From NCBI GenBank assembly GCA_963169855.1, contig CAUJCN010000002.1:581608-645607 (forward strand): a DNA stretch of 64,000 nucleotides, in the 5' to 3' direction. The DNA is from Patescibacteria group bacterium. Lineage in GTDB: Bacteria; Patescibacteriota; Dojkabacteria; J137. A model generated the notes under the pieces. That model worked only from the letters and a program-made list of their open reading frames with translations, had not been told where the DNA came from and ran no database searches. A program made the position numbers and the translations under genes. This document shows, one piece after another, positions 17,624 through 28,316 of this stretch (position 1 is the stretch's first letter; each line of letters opens with the position of its first letter).

Positions 17624-19855
17624 TTATTGTCCCTTCAATTGCTGAATAAATGCCTCAGCATCGCTAACTAATACCTCTCTTGGTTTACTTCCGTTTTGTG
17701 GACCAACTACACCTAGAGCTTCAAGTTCTTCGATTAATTCTGCTGCTTTGTTAAACCCGATGTTTAATTTTCTTTGTAAGAATGAACTAGATCCTTTATT
17801 AAACTGAACAACCAATCTAATTGCTTGCTCAACCTGTGATCCTTTTTGCATACTGCCGTCCATCATAAATCCTTCTTCTTCTCCAGGAACAGCTTGTTTT
17901 TCTGTAATTTCACTTACATATTCAACTTCTGGAGCTTGAGATCTAATGTATCCTACAATTCTAATTACTTCTTCTTGGTCTATGAATGCTCCTTGTAATC
18001 TAGTTGCTTTTGGTTTGTCTGGAGCTTTGTATAATAAATCTCCGTAACCCAATAGCGATTCTGATCCAGTTCTATCCAAAATAACTCTAGAATCAGTCGA
18101 GCTTGTAACGCTCATTCCGATTCTTCCAGGAATATTAGCTTTAATAATACCTGTAATAACATTTACAGAAGGTCTTTGAGTAGCAAGAATCAAGTGGATT
18201 CCAACGGCTCTAGCTTTCTGTGCAAGTCTAACAATTGCAGTTTCTGCTTCAACTCTGTTTGCAGTCATCATCATGTCGGCCATTTCGTCGATCACGATTA
18301 CAATGTATGGCATTGCAGCGAATCCCATTTTCTCGTTGTATCCAATAATATTTCGTACCTGTTCTTTTGCTAAATTTGTATAACGTCTTTCCATCTCGTT
18401 TACAGCCCACTTTAATGCATTGACAACTTTATCCATGTCTGTAATAACAGGAGTTAGTAAATGAGGAATTCCATTGTAATCAGAAAGTTCAACTTGCTTA
18501 GGGTCAACAAGAATAAATTTAACTTCATCTGGAGTTTTCTTCATCAAAATAGAAGAAATAAATGAGTTCGTTAATACTGATTTACCAGAACCAGTAGCTC
18601 CAGCGATTAATAAGTGAGGCATCTTCTGAATATCTACAACAACTGCTGTCCCATCTATATCTTTACCAACAGTTACTGGAAGTCCAAAAGTTGTTGTTGT
18701 CATGTTGTCAGAAGACATGAGTTCTTTAAATCTAACCATGTCTCTGTTTTCTCTAGGAACTTCGATTCCCAAAAATGTTGTTTCTGGAATAGATTCAATT
18801 CTAACTGCATTTGAATCAACTCCTAACGCCAATGCTAGGTTTGCACTCAAATTAGAAATCTTTTCGACTTTAATTCCTAAAGGCAGATTCAAAGCGTACT
18901 GGATAACTGAAGGCCCAACGTAGCTTTCTTCAACCTTTGCTTCTACTCCAAAACTTCCAAGAGTCTGTTCTATAATTCGAGCATTCTGCTCAATTGCAGG
19001 TTCTTTTCCACTAGCTTTCTTGTTTGGGATAAGTAAAGAAAGTGGAGGCAATTTCCAGTCAGGGAATTTCAAATCGTCTTGCTTTAATCCATCTTCACCT
19101 AATTCGCCTTCAACAATTTCTGGTTGATTCGAAGATTTCTTTGGAATCTTGAAAGATGAATAAGTTTTTTTATTATCTTCTTCGTCGTCCTCCTCCTCAT
19201 CTTCTTGAATCTTTGCTTGTTTAACCTTCTTTTTCTTCATAAAGTCACCAAATGTTGACGCATTAGAAGGATCAATTTCTTCTTCCTCTTCATCATCGAA
19301 TTCGTCTGTTCCCCAAATCTTTTTGAGAAATTCCCATATACCACCAAGTACATTTCTAGTAATTTGAAATACCATTGCCGATGGAATCGAAAGGGCGATA
19401 GGGATTAGAACTAAATTGGCTAAGAACAATAGTAGTTTAGTTGCAGGTTGGGTAGGAATTGTTTCTTGCATTACGTTGGCTACAACAAAATATCCAACTT
19501 GACCTCCCAACGTCTCGGAAGAATTTCCAGCGTATCTATAAATTTCCAGCGGACCGCTAGCCATTGCTGTAATAAATGCTGGCAAAGTGAATAGCAGAAT
19601 TAATTGAGCAATTAGGGATCTTCTTGAATTAAATAAATAATCAAAACCTAAAAACTTCAAACTAAAGTTGAATGATACAAAGACAGCAACAAATGTAGCC
19701 GTGCCAAAAATTCCCTTTGCGGTTCCGAATATACTTGAATCAGAATCGTTTGATAATAAAGAGAGTAGCAAGAAAATTGCTAACACTAATAATCCGATTC
19801 CAAGAACAGTTAAGGTTTCTTTGCTATCGTATGTAATCTGTTTTTTTCGCGCCAT
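17624..19855 (-). CDS. ftsK: DNA translocase FtsK/SpoIIIE
   Basis: TM N-terminus, GATGSGKS, DPK, IDEMAD, ATQRPS, gamma domain LQRKLNIGFNKA; ATG 19855 likely. Confidence 0.95.
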   Translation of the reverse strand: MARKKQITYDSKETLTVLGIGLLVLAIFLLLSLLSNDSDSSIFGTAKGIFGTATFVAVFVSFNFSLKFLGFDYLFNSRRSLIAQLILLFTLPAFITAMASGPLEIYRYAGNSSETLGGQVGYFVVANVMQETIPTQPATKLLLFLANLVLIPIALSIPSAMVFQITRNVLGGIWEFLKKIWGTDEFDDEEEEEIDPSNASTFGDFMKKKKVKQAKIQEDEEEDDEEDNKKTYSSFKIPKKSSNQPEIVEGELGEDGLKQDDLKFPDWKLPPLSLLIPNKKASGKEPAIEQNARIIEQTLGSFGVEAKVEESYVGPSVIQYALNLPLGIKVEKISNLSANLALALGVDSNAVRIESIPETTFLGIEVPRENRDMVRFKELMSSDNMTTTTFGLPVTVGKDIDGTAVVVDIQKMPHLLIAGATGSGKSVLTNSFISSILMKKTPDEVKFILVDPKQVELSDYNGIPHLLTPVITDMDKVVNALKWAVNEMERRYTNLAKEQVRNIIGYNEKMGFAAMPYIVIVIDEMADMMMTANRVEAETAIVRLAQKARAVGIHLILATQRPSVNVITGIIKANIPGRIGMSVTSSTDSRVILDRTGSESLLGYGDLLYKAPDKPKATRLQGAFIDQEEVIRIVGYIRSQAPEVEYVSEITEKQAVPGEEEGFMMDGSMQKGSQVEQAIRLVVQFNKGSSSFLQRKLNIGFNKAAELIEELEALGVVGPQNGSKPREVLVSDAEAFIQQLKGQ

Positions 19856-19930
19856 AAATTTACAGAGATGTGACTCTATTGTATCATTGTTCAATATATC
19901 ATAGCCATCGGACTAAATCTAAACTTCAAT

Positions 19931-21316
19931 ATGAAATTAATTCAAAAATTCAAGAGTTACAATTACGGTGCTACTAACTATGTCTACCAATTTGAAAACG
20001 GTCTTCGACTTTTTGTTACAGAAAAAAAAGATATTCTTGATTTCTACGCATCTATAATCTTCAAAGCTGGAGCACTAATTGAAAATCAAGTTGGTGTAAC
20101 AGACGGAACTGCACATTTTCTAGAACATTTAATGGTTGCAAGTCCAAGCAAGTACTTTAAATCAATGGATGTAAAAAAGGAGTTCATGTACGGGAATTTA
20201 TCTAGACCAGAAGTGAATTACAACGGTTCGACAAGCAAATATGCAATGCAGCTTTATTCAAGCTCGCAAATAAGAGGGAAGGAAAGAGTAATGAAAATGC
20301 TTAAAGGGTATTTAGATTCATCAAAAAGAGATTTTGAAACTACAATCGAGAAAGAAAGAGGTATTATACTTTCCGAAATCGAGAGAATGATCAAGAAGGA
20401 AAAAGATTCTGGGTATTATTACAGAGAATTTTTCTTTCAAGATGTTTACCCCGAGTTTGTTAAATACGTTATAGGCGAATACGATCAAGTAAAAGAAATA
20501 AATATTGAGCAACTTGATAAATTCAGAACAGAGCTTTCTAGAGGAGAGAATGCTGTAATTGCAATTCAAACCAATAATTGGCCAGATAAAACTTTGATTA
20601 AGGACATAAAAGAACTTTCTAAGTACTTTAACGCCGAGAAGAATTCGTTCAAGCATAAATTCATTCCTTACAAAAATCAATTTAAGTACAAACATTTCAA
20701 AGATGAAGAGAGAAGAGATGTATTCATTTCTTACAATGTTTTCCTGCCAAAAAGAGATCATATCGACTACCGATTGGAGGCAATTGAAGAGTTTGCAGAC
20801 TCCTTAATATCGAAAACTGTTTTCGAACACTTGCGAGAAGACAAGCAACTGATTTACTCTGGCGGATCGTTTAATCAATACGCTTTAGTTTCACATATTA
20901 ACCGTGGATTCAGCACTTCAGTTTCTAAAGAAAAGTTACCTGAATTATTAGACTCGATAGAATATCTTTTCACAACTTACTGGAAAGAGTTTTTGTTCTC
21001 ACAGAAAGGCGCTAAATGGTTCGGGACGATTGTTAGCAGCTATTTGTTTAAGACCACTACATCGTTTGATTTAGATTTCCCAAGAAGCATGGCAATGGAT
21101 CTTTTATATGGTGAAGAGGTTGGATACGACTATAGAAAAGCGACGAAAGCCATTAAGGAAATTTCAAGGGAAGATGTTGCTAATTATTTAGATCATTACT
21201 TAAGCATTGCACCAGGATTGTGGCTGGTTTCTCCACATGAAGAAAAGGAAATCTATGATATTTTAGAATCATCATCTTTTTTCAAAAGAGTATCTAAATT
21301 AACAAATCAAATTTAA
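19931..21316 (+). CDS. M16 family metallopeptidase
   Basis: GTAHFLEHL, EKERGIILSE, LRE...LIY. Confidence 0.88.
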   Translation: MKLIQKFKSYNYGATNYVYQFENGLRLFVTEKKDILDFYASIIFKAGALIENQVGVTDGTAHFLEHLMVASPSKYFKSMDVKKEFMYGNLSRPEVNYNGSTSKYAMQLYSSSQIRGKERVMKMLKGYLDSSKRDFETTIEKERGIILSEIERMIKKEKDSGYYYREFFFQDVYPEFVKYVIGEYDQVKEINIEQLDKFRTELSRGENAVIAIQTNNWPDKTLIKDIKELSKYFNAEKNSFKHKFIPYKNQFKYKHFKDEERRDVFISYNVFLPKRDHIDYRLEAIEEFADSLISKTVFEHLREDKQLIYSGGSFNQYALVSHINRGFSTSVSKEKLPELLDSIEYLFTTYWKEFLFSQKGAKWFGTIVSSYLFKTTTSFDLDFPRSMAMDLLYGEEVGYDYRKATKAIKEISREDVANYLDHYLSIAPGLWLVSPHEEKEIYDILESSSFFKRVSKLTNQI

Positions 21317-21319
21317 ACA

Positions 21320-22093
21320 ATGAAAGTATTAGACGAACACACAAAATTTGCTCATTTAGGTAAACCTGGGACCTATTTCACAAAAGGGTTTCAGAGAAGG
21401 TTAGATAAAATTACGAAAATTGTAGATCTTAAAGACAAGAAAATTTTAGACATGGGTTGTGGAGAAGGTGTTTGGACTTTTGAGTTTTCAAAATACACAA
21501 ACCCCAAAAATGTTTTTGCCTCAGAATACGATCCAGAGCAGGTTCAAAGATTTAAATCTATGAGTCTAGAGGAAAGAGCAGGTATTCCTGAGGAGAACTT
21601 TTTAAACTGTCCTGGAGAGTCGTTAGCTTTCGAAGACAACACTTTTGACATTGTTTTCCATAACGAAGTTCTGGAGCATGTTCAAGATGATCAGAAAACA
21701 ATCAACGAATGCTTAAGAGTTTTAAAACCCGACGGTCTTATGATTTTCTTTACACCAAACACTTTGTGGCCTTTCGAACAGCATGGAATGTTCTTTAGAG
21801 GAAAGTACTATTGGGGAAATATTCCATTTTTACCATACATGCCAAATTTCATTTATAAAAAATTTGCTCCACATGTAAGAAACTATGGATCGTGGACGAT
21901 CAATAAACTTTTAAGGAGCTCTTCTGTGGCCAACGAAACGGTGTATTTTACTCAAATTTTCTCTGGATTTGACGGGTTGGCTAGAAAATTTGGATTGATT
22001 GGAAGAGGAATCCAGAAATTCGTACATTTTTTTGATAAAACACCTCTACATATTTTCGGAATCAGCCATTTTGTAATTGTAAGAAAGCTCTAG
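21320..22093 (+). CDS. Class I SAM-dependent methyltransferase
   Basis: ILDMGCGEG, FDIV, EVLEHV, RVLKPDG. Confidence 0.88.
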   Translation: MKVLDEHTKFAHLGKPGTYFTKGFQRRLDKITKIVDLKDKKILDMGCGEGVWTFEFSKYTNPKNVFASEYDPEQVQRFKSMSLEERAGIPEENFLNCPGESLAFEDNTFDIVFHNEVLEHVQDDQKTINECLRVLKPDGLMIFFTPNTLWPFEQHGMFFRGKYYWGNIPFLPYMPNFIYKKFAPHVRNYGSWTINKLLRSSSVANETVYFTQIFSGFDGLARKFGLIGRGIQKFVHFFDKTPLHIFGISHFVIVRKL

Positions 22094-22180
22094 TCGAAAC
22101 CGCAATCTTACAATGGGGCTGGCGAAAGAGCTTTTTGAGCTTAAAAATGATATAATTGATAGGTATATTATAAATATATA

Positions 22181-23305
22181 ATGAGTGAGGCAAAGAAAAA
22201 GAAGGTTTTACACTTAATCACTGATGCTGGATCTGGTCATAAAGCAGCAGCAGCAAACCTTACAGCAGCAATAGAAAAGCTTTATCCAGGTAAATACGAG
22301 CAAAAAACACTCGATTTCTTCAAAGTTATCGATATTGATCCATTCAATGCTTCAGATGCGTCATATGCATTTATGTCTGGAAACAGGGCCTTCGAAGCTT
22401 TAAACAACTTCTTTTTTAGATTTTTCAATACAAAAGTAGGTTACGGAATCTTTGAGAGATATCTAACAACAATGCTTTTAGAAGAAGGAACGAACGTATT
22501 AAAGGACGAAGCCCCGGATTTGGTTATTTGTAATCACCCAGTAACAGCAACATTATTGAATGCTATAAAAGAAAAGACGAATTCATTTAAATCAGTAGAA
22601 GTTGTTTTAGACTTGGTTACAATTTTCAAGGGATGGGCAGATAAAAGTGCTGATTTGATCATTAGCCCAACATCGGAAGCTGTGAGTAAACTTGTTAAGT
22701 ATGGAGTAGATGTTAGTAAAATTGTTTACCCACTATTTCCAGTAAATTCTAAACTGGCAAACTTTAGAGAGAAAACTATAGTAATGAAGGAACTCGGCTT
22801 TACTGAAGATAAGCCAACGATTCTTTTGACTGCGGGTGGAGTAGGAATGAAACCTGTAGAAAAAATCTTAAAGATTGTTTCTCAAGATGATAAATATCAA
22901 GTAATTGTTTGTGCAGGAAGACTGAACTACTTTAAAGAAAAACTGGAAAGAAAATACTCATCGAACAAGAATATTGTAATTTTCGGTTATGTCGATAATA
23001 TTCAAGATTACTACAACGTTTGTGATGTAATTATCTCGAAGCCAAGTTCGGCAACAATTATCGAAGCCGAGTTGTTCGAGAAACTAGGAATATGGACTAG
23101 GAATATTGGTGAACACGATGCAGGAAATATCGATTATATCAAAAGAAATCCTAGGTTCAGATATATAAACTCTAGTTATGATAATATTGGAGAAATTTTG
23201 TCTGATTTATTAAGCTCGAAAGTTAGAAAACCTGTTCAGGAATTCAAAAGAAACTTCAATGAGATTGACGAAATAGTTAGAGAAGTAATCTCACTAATAG
23301 AATAA
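22181..23305 (+). CDS. MGDG-synthase/UgtP-like glycosyltransferase (GT28)
   Basis: GSGHKAAA, CNHP, AGGVG, CAGR, ISKP. Confidence 0.82.
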   Translation: MSEAKKKKVLHLITDAGSGHKAAAANLTAAIEKLYPGKYEQKTLDFFKVIDIDPFNASDASYAFMSGNRAFEALNNFFFRFFNTKVGYGIFERYLTTMLLEEGTNVLKDEAPDLVICNHPVTATLLNAIKEKTNSFKSVEVVLDLVTIFKGWADKSADLIISPTSEAVSKLVKYGVDVSKIVYPLFPVNSKLANFREKTIVMKELGFTEDKPTILLTAGGVGMKPVEKILKIVSQDDKYQVIVCAGRLNYFKEKLERKYSSNKNIVIFGYVDNIQDYYNVCDVIISKPSSATIIEAELFEKLGIWTRNIGEHDAGNIDYIKRNPRFRYINSSYDNIGEILSDLLSSKVRKPVQEFKRNFNEIDEIVREVISLIE

Positions 23306-23364
23306 TCTCTTCTTGCCCAACTTTACTCAATTGTGGATAATGAATTGTTTATCATTTCATTCCT

Positions 23365-24360
23365 ATGCGAGTTAACTTAATTACAGGATCTACGGGATTC
23401 ATTGGAACAAATCTCTCAAAATATTTACTGGATCAAGGAGAAGTAGTTATTGGTATAGATAATTTCTCTTCATCAGAAAAATGGAAATCAGAATTATTTT
23501 CTGAAAATCCAAATTACGAATTTTTTGAACACGACATTGTAAAAGACGTTCACTCCGTACTAGAAAAGTCAGAACTTTTTAAGAAATACGGAAAGATAGA
23601 TAGGATCTACAATTTGGCTTGTCCTGCATCTCCACCAAGGTACATAAGTATTTCATTGGAAACATTAGATGTTTGTACGATAGGCGTTAGAAATATGTTG
23701 GATTTGGCAAAGGAATTTGATGCAACTATTTTACAAGCTTCAACATCAGAAGTTTATGGAGATCCAATTGTTCATCCACAGCTAGAAAGCTATAGAGGAA
23801 ATGTAAACACAGTTGGTCCGAGAAGTTGTTACGATGAAGGAAAGAGAGTGGCGGAAACATTCTGCTATGAATACAAAAGGTTGTTCAATACGAAAGTAAA
23901 GATTGTGAGGATTTTTAACACATATGGTCCGTACATGGATCCAAGTGATGGTAGAGTAATTACAAACTTCATTCTTCAGGCAATGGAAGGAAAAGATCTA
24001 ACAATCTACGGAGATGGAAAACAAACAAGATCTTTTCAATATATTGATGATTTGATTCAGGCATTTATGAAATTTATGGATACAGATGCTGATTTTATAG
24101 GACCAGTAAATACAGGAAATCCTGGAGAATTCACAATTCTAGAATTGGCAGAATTAGTTCTAAGAAAAATCGAAACGCCAAGCAAGATTGTAACTGTTGA
24201 GATGGATAAAAACGATCCATACGACAAGAAGAATGATCCACAGCAACGAAAGCCAGATATAACTTTAGCTCAAGAAAAGTTAGGTTGGAGTCCTGATATC
24301 AAATTAGAAGAAGGGTTGGATAAAACAATAGAATATTACAAAAATTTGAATAGAAAATGA
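23365..24360 (+). CDS. UDP-glucuronate decarboxylase (UXS-like SDR)
   Basis: TGSTGFIG, NLACPASP, STSEVYGDP, YDEGKRVAE, RIFNTYGP. Confidence 0.92.
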   Translation: MRVNLITGSTGFIGTNLSKYLLDQGEVVIGIDNFSSSEKWKSELFSENPNYEFFEHDIVKDVHSVLEKSELFKKYGKIDRIYNLACPASPPRYISISLETLDVCTIGVRNMLDLAKEFDATILQASTSEVYGDPIVHPQLESYRGNVNTVGPRSCYDEGKRVAETFCYEYKRLFNTKVKIVRIFNTYGPYMDPSDGRVITNFILQAMEGKDLTIYGDGKQTRSFQYIDDLIQAFMKFMDTDADFIGPVNTGNPGEFTILELAELVLRKIETPSKIVTVEMDKNDPYDKKNDPQQRKPDITLAQEKLGWSPDIKLEEGLDKTIEYYKNLNRK

Positions 24361-25301
24361 TTTACGAACCACTTTTAGAAGTTGAGCTACCAGAGCCAGA
24401 ACTTGTAGCAACACAACTTTTCATTGAAACAGAATGTGCAAACAGAGCAATGAGGATCAAACAAATAAGTCTTGCCTCAGGATTAGACATAGATTTTAGA
24501 AAAAAGTGTGAACTCTTTCTCAATACATTTGTCAGTTTCGTAGATGGTAAAGTAGTCGTAAATAAGAAAAGATGTAGATTGCTTGCAGAAACGTTATACA
24601 AGAATATTTCAGTGATTACTGAAGAGGATATGAAGGAAACTGCAGAAAGAGCCTTGGAGGATCTTCGAGAAGGATCAGTTGTGTATTTCTATCTTCATCA
24701 GCATCAAAAACGCGATAGTTCCAAGGACTTCGACAATAGTAACGAATACATGCTGGCACTTGTGAAAAGACTCGCTCAAAAAAGAGGCATAGTTATCAAA
24801 ACTATAGCTCAAAGTGCATTCGACACAGATCTAGATAGTGTAAAGGAAGTTCGATACATAGATGATGTTTCTTACAGTGGAAGCCAACTTATAGACCAAA
24901 TTGTGGAATTATCTACAGGTCTACCAAATATGGAAAGGGTGAAAGTCTACCTATCAGCCTCGACTGAATATTCTCAATTAAGAATGAAGGAATCATTTAA
25001 AAAATTAACGACATCTGTGGAGGTAGTTTCTCAATCAGAGATACCTGGGTTAGGAGAAATCCTAAGTGACGAACCAGGAATGCTTTCTTACTTTGAAGCA
25101 AATTTAATTATGGAGGTGATTTACGATGCCGTAGTTGTAGAACCCAGCGTAAATGAAGATATTTGGGAATGTCTTAATCAGTATCTTGGGAGTCTTACCC
25201 TGACTAGAACGGCTTTTAAAATTCCAGATGGAACAAGTTTTCCTTACGAAATAGGAGGAGCTTTCGAAAACACTTTTAAAAACGGCATGTACAGACTATA
25301 A
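24357..25301 (+). CDS. Orphan protein with phosphoribosyltransferase-like motif
   Basis: YIDDVSYSGSQL PRPP-binding loop; KIPD near C-terminus. Confidence 0.55.
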   Translation: MIYEPLLEVELPEPELVATQLFIETECANRAMRIKQISLASGLDIDFRKKCELFLNTFVSFVDGKVVVNKKRCRLLAETLYKNISVITEEDMKETAERALEDLREGSVVYFYLHQHQKRDSSKDFDNSNEYMLALVKRLAQKRGIVIKTIAQSAFDTDLDSVKEVRYIDDVSYSGSQLIDQIVELSTGLPNMERVKVYLSASTEYSQLRMKESFKKLTTSVEVVSQSEIPGLGEILSDEPGMLSYFEANLIMEVIYDAVVVEPSVNEDIWECLNQYLGSLTLTRTAFKIPDGTSFPYEIGGAFENTFKNGMYRL

Positions 25302-25338
25302 GCTTGATTAACAAAAATTTCTTTTGTAGAATTTTGTT

Positions 25339-25482
25339 ATGACTATACAAACATTTTTAATGCATTTTGTTTATATCGCAACTCCAGCTGTAATTGGATT
25401 TCTTCTAGGATATAGATTTGCAAAGAGACCTAACTCAAACAGCCCAAACAAAGATTTCAAAGAGATTGAAGATAATCTTTAG
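25339..25482 (+). CDS. Small single-TM protein (47 aa), not in ORF track
   Basis: MTIQTFLMHFVYIATPAVIGFLLGYRFAKR...; TAGAAT 6 nt upstream of ATG. Confidence 0.55.
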   Translation: MTIQTFLMHFVYIATPAVIGFLLGYRFAKRPNSNSPNKDFKEIEDNL

Positions 25483-25505
25483 CACCCCTGTGGCTTCCCT
25501 GCTAA
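25479..25505. promoter_or_regulatory. Degenerate CIRCE (HrcA operator) upstream of dnaJ
   Basis: TTAGCACCC-N9-CCCTGCTAA vs consensus TTAGCACTC-N9-GAGTGCTAA; exact 27-bp geometry. Confidence 0.65.
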
Positions 25506-25527
25506 TTGACATGGTATAATTTCCCCT

Positions 25528-26619
25528 ATGGCAAAAAGAGATTACTACGAAGTTTTGGGTGTTTCTAAATCTGCATCGAAAGATGAGATCAAGAAAGCAT
25601 ATCGAAAATTAGCCAAAGAATTCCATCCTGATAAAAACAAGGCAGCAGACGCTGCAACCAAATTCAACGAAGTTCAAGAAGCTTACGATACTCTTTCGGA
25701 TGAACAAAAAAGAAGTGGTTACGATAAATATGGGTTTGCAGGAGCGCAACAATCTTTTGGTGCAGGTGGGTTCCCAGGCGGGACTAACTTCTCTGGTGAT
25801 CTCGGTGGTTTTGAAGATTTGTTAGGAGGATTTTTTGGAGATGGATTTGGTTTCGGAGGCGGAAGGCAAAGCCGAAGAAATAGAGATAAAAGAGGCTCAG
25901 ATCTTGAATACAGAATGACCTTAGAGTTTAACGAAGCGGTTTTTGGTGTGGAGAAAGATCTCGAATACAGGCGAAAAGTGAGATGCGAGAAATGTTCTGG
26001 AAGTGGGTCGAAAGATGGCAAAACCCAAACTTGTAAAACTTGCAATGGGAATGGTCAGGTTCACCAAGTTCAGCGAACAGTTTTTGGAAACATGCAAGTT
26101 TCCTCTGATTGCCCAACCTGTGGAGGTAGTGGCCAAGTAATTGCTGAGAAATGCGATGTTTGTTCTGGGAGCGGTGTTGAAAATAAATTGGAAACTTTCA
26201 AAATAAAAATCCCTCAAGGAATTCCAGATGGGGTTACTTTAAAATATGCAGGAAAGGGAAATGCAGGTGAAAATGGTGGATCAATTGGGGATTTATATAT
26301 TGCGGTGAGCGTAAAAGAACACCCTGTTCTGAAAAGAAAGGGAGATGACGTTTACATGGATATGGAAGTAAATCCAATGCAAGCTGTTCTAGGTGGCGAA
26401 GTAGAAATTCCAACAGTCCACGGAGATGTAATTATGGAAATTCCTGCAGGAACACAACCAGAAAAAGTTTTGAGATTAAAAGATAAGGGAGGACCTAAAT
26501 TCAAAGGCAACGGAAAAGGTGATCAGTTTGTCACAATAAAAATTAAAATTCCTACAAAGCTTTCAAAAGAAGAAAAACGTTTGTGGGAAGAACTGCAAGA
26601 AAAAACTCTAAAATCATAA
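25528..26619 (+). CDS. dnaJ: Chaperone DnaJ
   Basis: J-domain HPD, G/F region, four CxxCxGxG repeats. Confidence 0.97.
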   Translation: MAKRDYYEVLGVSKSASKDEIKKAYRKLAKEFHPDKNKAADAATKFNEVQEAYDTLSDEQKRSGYDKYGFAGAQQSFGAGGFPGGTNFSGDLGGFEDLLGGFFGDGFGFGGGRQSRRNRDKRGSDLEYRMTLEFNEAVFGVEKDLEYRRKVRCEKCSGSGSKDGKTQTCKTCNGNGQVHQVQRTVFGNMQVSSDCPTCGGSGQVIAEKCDVCSGSGVENKLETFKIKIPQGIPDGVTLKYAGKGNAGENGGSIGDLYIAVSVKEHPVLKRKGDDVYMDMEVNPMQAVLGGEVEIPTVHGDVIMEIPAGTQPEKVLRLKDKGGPKFKGNGKGDQFVTIKIKIPTKLSKEEKRLWEELQEKTLKS

Positions 26620-26824
26620 GCAAAAAATCTTAAAACTTCTCAATTTAATATCTTCAAGCAAAGTAAATTTTTCAAATTTGTGATTTTTCTCTTGTTTCAC
26701 ACAACTTTTGTAGAACGCCCATCTGTCTCCAAAAAGTCAGCTAAAATTGACAATTTAGCTAACTTAACCTTAAAATACTTCTAACCTTGCACTTAACTAA
26801 ACAATAATTTTTTAATAATCGATT

Positions 26825-27601
26825 ATGGTTGATCTTACGGAATATGCAGGTTTTCAGCTCAAATTAGATGACTTAAAAAATAGATTCATATTTGACGACA
26901 GTGTTACTTATCAAGATGAGTGCTATGTCGGTTTAGATGAGATTCTTCCCGTACTATTAAACAAATTTGTAAGATATCCAGAAAAAGTTTACAAACTTCA
27001 TAAGAATGTTGTTCCCAGAACAGTTAATTCTAACGATGAGCTTTCATACGATATTTACCAGATTCCTGTAGGTCTTCTTGGCATTGAATTCGTGAAAACT
27101 CATGTTTATCACTCAGCTTTTCAAGAAAATAAATACTCAAGTATCATCGAATGTTTGTCTGGAGAATTGACAGTAATAATGCAAAAAAATGTTAAAAAAG
27201 AAGAAACTCACTACGAATTCGACACTTATGTAGAAGACATTGTTGTTGTAACTTTAAAGAGAGGAGAGAAGGTTGCTATCCCAGCTGGATATTTCTATAC
27301 ATTTGTAAATGCTGGAAATTCAGTTGTTGTAATGGCTAAGCTGTCAAGTAAGTCTGAAATCCAAGTTGACTATAACAATCTTAGAAGAGAAAAAGGATTG
27401 GCGTATTTCATCATTTCGAAGAACGCAAAGGCAGAAACTGTTGCTAATCCTAAATATAAAATTCAGTGCAAATTAAAAGTCTACAGTGTTAGAAAAATCG
27501 TTAGAGACGAAAGCTTAAAGAAGGTTTTCATCCCTTTTGATATCTCTACACCTTTATTCAATTTGCATTTCATGGCAAAATCACTACATGCGTATTTTTA
27601 G
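26825..27601 (+). CDS. Cupin (archaeal-type) glucose-6-phosphate isomerase-like protein
   Basis: YDIYQIP..LLGIEFVKTHVYH, IPAGY...N, KGLAYF, NPKY. Confidence 0.65.
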   Translation: MVDLTEYAGFQLKLDDLKNRFIFDDSVTYQDECYVGLDEILPVLLNKFVRYPEKVYKLHKNVVPRTVNSNDELSYDIYQIPVGLLGIEFVKTHVYHSAFQENKYSSIIECLSGELTVIMQKNVKKEETHYEFDTYVEDIVVVTLKRGEKVAIPAGYFYTFVNAGNSVVVMAKLSSKSEIQVDYNNLRREKGLAYFIISKNAKAETVANPKYKIQCKLKVYSVRKIVRDESLKKVFIPFDISTPLFNLHFMAKSLHAYF

Positions 27602-28316
27602 GCTGCTTTTAATTACAAATGTAGTAGTTTTTGGATTAACCTTTCTTCTCCAGGCTTTGATTTACTCACAGAATGGAGGCTTAAGTAATTCACTAAACTT
27701 CCAAATTTTTGATATCTCAGGAGGACTTTATTCAGTAGATATTGTTTTGCTTGGAAAAATCTGGACTCTTGTGACTGCAAACTTTGCTCACATGGATCCT
27801 CTGCATTTTCTTTTCAACATGTACGCTTTGTTCAAGATTGGACAAATTGTTCTTGAATTCTACGATGGAAAGAAGCTGTTCATTACTTATATAATCGGTG
27901 GAATTGTTGCAATGCTTTTGAGCGTTGTAATCAGCGTTTTAACACTATTTCCGACTCTAACTCTAGGAGCTTCTGGAAGTATTTTTGCTTTAGCAGGACT
28001 CTTAATTGGAGGAGCTGTTAAAGATAGAAGATACGGAGTTAACCTTCCGATAAATCTTCAAGTATTCGTCCCAATAATCTTCGTTTCACTTTTATTCGGA
28101 TTTATTCCTGGCAGTGGAATTAACAACGTTGCTCACTTAGGAGGAGTATTAGCAGGATTCGTTTTGGGACTGATTCTGAAACACGATATCGGGGAATATG
28201 AATCTAAAACAGAAAAAACAATTGTCAACTTCTTTTACTATACTTCATTGGGAGTCTTTATTCTTTCTTTCCTTCTGCATATAATGTATGTAGTTAGGTT
28301 ATTTATAAACTCTTAA
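27588..28316 (+). CDS. Rhomboid intramembrane serine protease
   Basis: FAH..HFLFNM, GASG, AHLGG; ATG 27588. Confidence 0.9.
   Translation: MRIFRLLLITNVVVFGLTFLLQALIYSQNGGLSNSLNFQIFDISGGLYSVDIVLLGKIWTLVTANFAHMDPLHFLFNMYALFKIGQIVLEFYDGKKLFITYIIGGIVAMLLSVVISVLTLFPTLTLGASGSIFALAGLLIGGAVKDRRYGVNLPINLQVFVPIIFVSLLFGFIPGSGINNVAHLGGVLAGFVLGLILKHDIGEYESKTEKTIVNFFYYTSLGVFILSFLLHIMYVVRLFINS

Noticed and set aside
22093-22145. Possible riboswitch upstream of the glycosyltransferase
   Set aside because: No convincing match to a known aptamer, and it lies upstream of the apparent TATAAT promoter
23332-23340. Perfect DnaA box TGTGGATAA (also near 7586, and a near-match at 15058)
   Set aside because: Isolated single boxes with no cluster or unwinding element; not an origin
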